DNA from: a virus
Lineage: Duplodnaviria > Heunggongvirae > Uroviricota > Caudoviricetes
DNA: 6,653 nucleotides
Direction: 5' to 3' (one strand)
Virus record (IMG/VR): IMGVR_UViG_2541047174_000021
Below the pieces are notes generated by a model. That model made no database searches, had not been told where the DNA came from, and worked only from the letters and a program-made list of their open reading frames with translations. The position numbers were made by a program, and so were the translations under genes. Shown here piece by piece: positions 6,086 to 6,653 of this stretch. Numbering within the stretch: position 1 is the stretch's first letter; every line of letters begins with the position of its first letter.

Positions 6086-6109
6086 CCGATATGGGAATTC
6101 CCATATCGG
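6086..6109. repeat. Perfect 24-bp palindrome centred on GAATTC, upstream of the hok promoter region
   Basis: CCGATATGGGAATTCCCATATCGG equals its own reverse complement. A second GAATTC lies at 6077-6082. Confidence 0.6.
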
Positions 6110-6179
6110 GCGAAAACGGTTTGCTGTAACGGCAGAGTTAAGTAGGATTGCTGCGGGTGCTTGAGGCTATCTGCCTCGG

Positions 6180-6255
6180 GCATGAACACCAACGGCAGAT
6201 AGATAAAAGCCCCACCCGACTATAAATCGAAGTGAGGCCCCTATATGCTCGTCAC
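6180..6255 (-). ncRNA. sok: Putative Sok-like antisense RNA (approximate bounds)
   Basis: By analogy with hok/sok loci, the antisense RNA covers the mok SD/start (SD GAGG 6233-6236, ATG 6245). A minus-strand TTGACC -35 candidate is at plus 6283-6288; I found no convincing -10. Ends not determinable from sequence. Confidence 0.3.
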
Positions 6256-6457
6256 ATATAGATTGCCTCTTACGGACCGAAAGGTCAAGGAGAAGCAGGC
6301 TATGAAGCAGCAAAAGGCGATGTTAATCGCCCTGATCGTCATCTGTTTAATCGTCATAGTGACGGCACTGGTAACGAGGAAAGACCTCTGCGAGGTACGA
6401 ATCCGAACCGGCCAGACGGAGGTCGCTGTCTTCACAGCTTACGAACCTGAGGAGTAA
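6245..6457 (+). CDS. mok: mok-like reading frame (in-frame upstream extension overlapping hok), 70 aa
   Basis: ATG 6245 with SD GAGG (6233-6236). Reads MLVTYRLPLTDRKVKEKQA then the Hok sequence, the same layout I recall for chromosomal MokC/MokB. The region from about 6153 closely parallels the plasmid R1 hok mRNA leader (recalled). Confidence 0.5.
   Translation: MLVTYRLPLTDRKVKEKQAMKQQKAMLIALIVICLIVIVTALVTRKDLCEVRIRTGQTEVAVFTAYEPEE
6302..6457 (+). CDS. hokD: Hok-family type I toxin (HokD/RelF-like), 51 aa membrane peptide
   Basis: MKQQKAMLIALIVICLIVIVTALVTRKDLCEVRIRTGQTEVAVFTAYEPEE: Hok family signature, near-identical to my recollection of E. coli K-12 HokD (RelF). SD AAGGAG (6287-6292). 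Confidence 0.9.
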   Translation: MKQQKAMLIALIVICLIVIVTALVTRKDLCEVRIRTGQTEVAVFTAYEPEE

Positions 6458-6525
6458 GAGACCAGGCGGGGGAGAAATCCCTCGCCACCTCTGATGTGTC
6501 AGGCATCCTCAACGCACCCGCACTT

Positions 6526-6552
6526 AACCCGCTTCGGCGGGTTTTGTTTTTT
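6526..6552 (+). terminator. Rho-independent terminator of the hok transcript
   Basis: Stem AACCCGC (6526-6532), UUCG tetraloop (6533-6536), GCGGGTT (6537-6543), then TTGTTTTTT. Confidence 0.7.
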
Positions 6553-6653
6553 CTGGTCGTTCTGGTTTACAATCCATCCGTCAGCCTGAACAACTGGCAC
6601 CTGCTGCGCCAGCAGAGAAAACAGATGGCGCACGATACCAAATTTTACAATTC

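Noticed and set aside
5966-6150. relBE genes upstream of hok, as in K-12
   Set aside because: No ORFs with RelB/RelE features; the region is non-coding with palindromes and a promoter-like segment.
5932-6192. 86-aa minus-strand ORF across the intergenic region
   Set aside because: Covers the terminator, palindrome and hok leader; no SD; an open frame through structured non-coding DNA.
6241-6435. 64-aa minus-strand ORF antisense to hok
   Set aside because: The antisense element in hok loci is a small non-coding RNA, not a protein; this is a shadow of the mok/hok frame.
6625-6653. Possible start of a further gene at the window edge (ATGGCGCACGATACC...)
   Set aside because: Only about 9 codons are visible, with a weak SD; too little to call.

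Overview
This window looks like the immunity/replication region of a lambdoid (Qin/dicA-type) enterobacterial prophage, followed by an AT-rich cargo segment and a complete hok/mok/sok-type type I toxin-antitoxin locus. All calls rest on reading the sequence and recalled protein families; no searches were run. Left to right: (i) on the minus strand, a DicA-like repressor followed by two small genes of the leftward early operon; (ii) a divergent promoter/operator region with repeated TTAGG motifs; (iii) on the plus strand, a DicC/Cro-like gene, a gene at the cII position, an O-like replication initiator with iteron-like repeats inside its linker, and a lambda P-like helicase loader; (iv) a tandem winged-helix gene interrupted by an in-frame amber codon; (v) a frameshifted, truncated fimbrial-subunit-like remnant; (vi) a visibly AT-rich segment carrying an orphan secreted ModA-like substrate-binding protein; (vii) the hok locus with its terminator. 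No rRNA, tRNA, CRISPR array or transposase was recognised. The most notable points are the in-frame amber codon, the iteron-like candidate origin, the orphan binding-protein cargo gene, and the intact hok locus with no relBE upstream. I do not see a clearly novel multi-gene system; the best candidates for undescribed function are the two small leftward-operon genes and the cargo gene.
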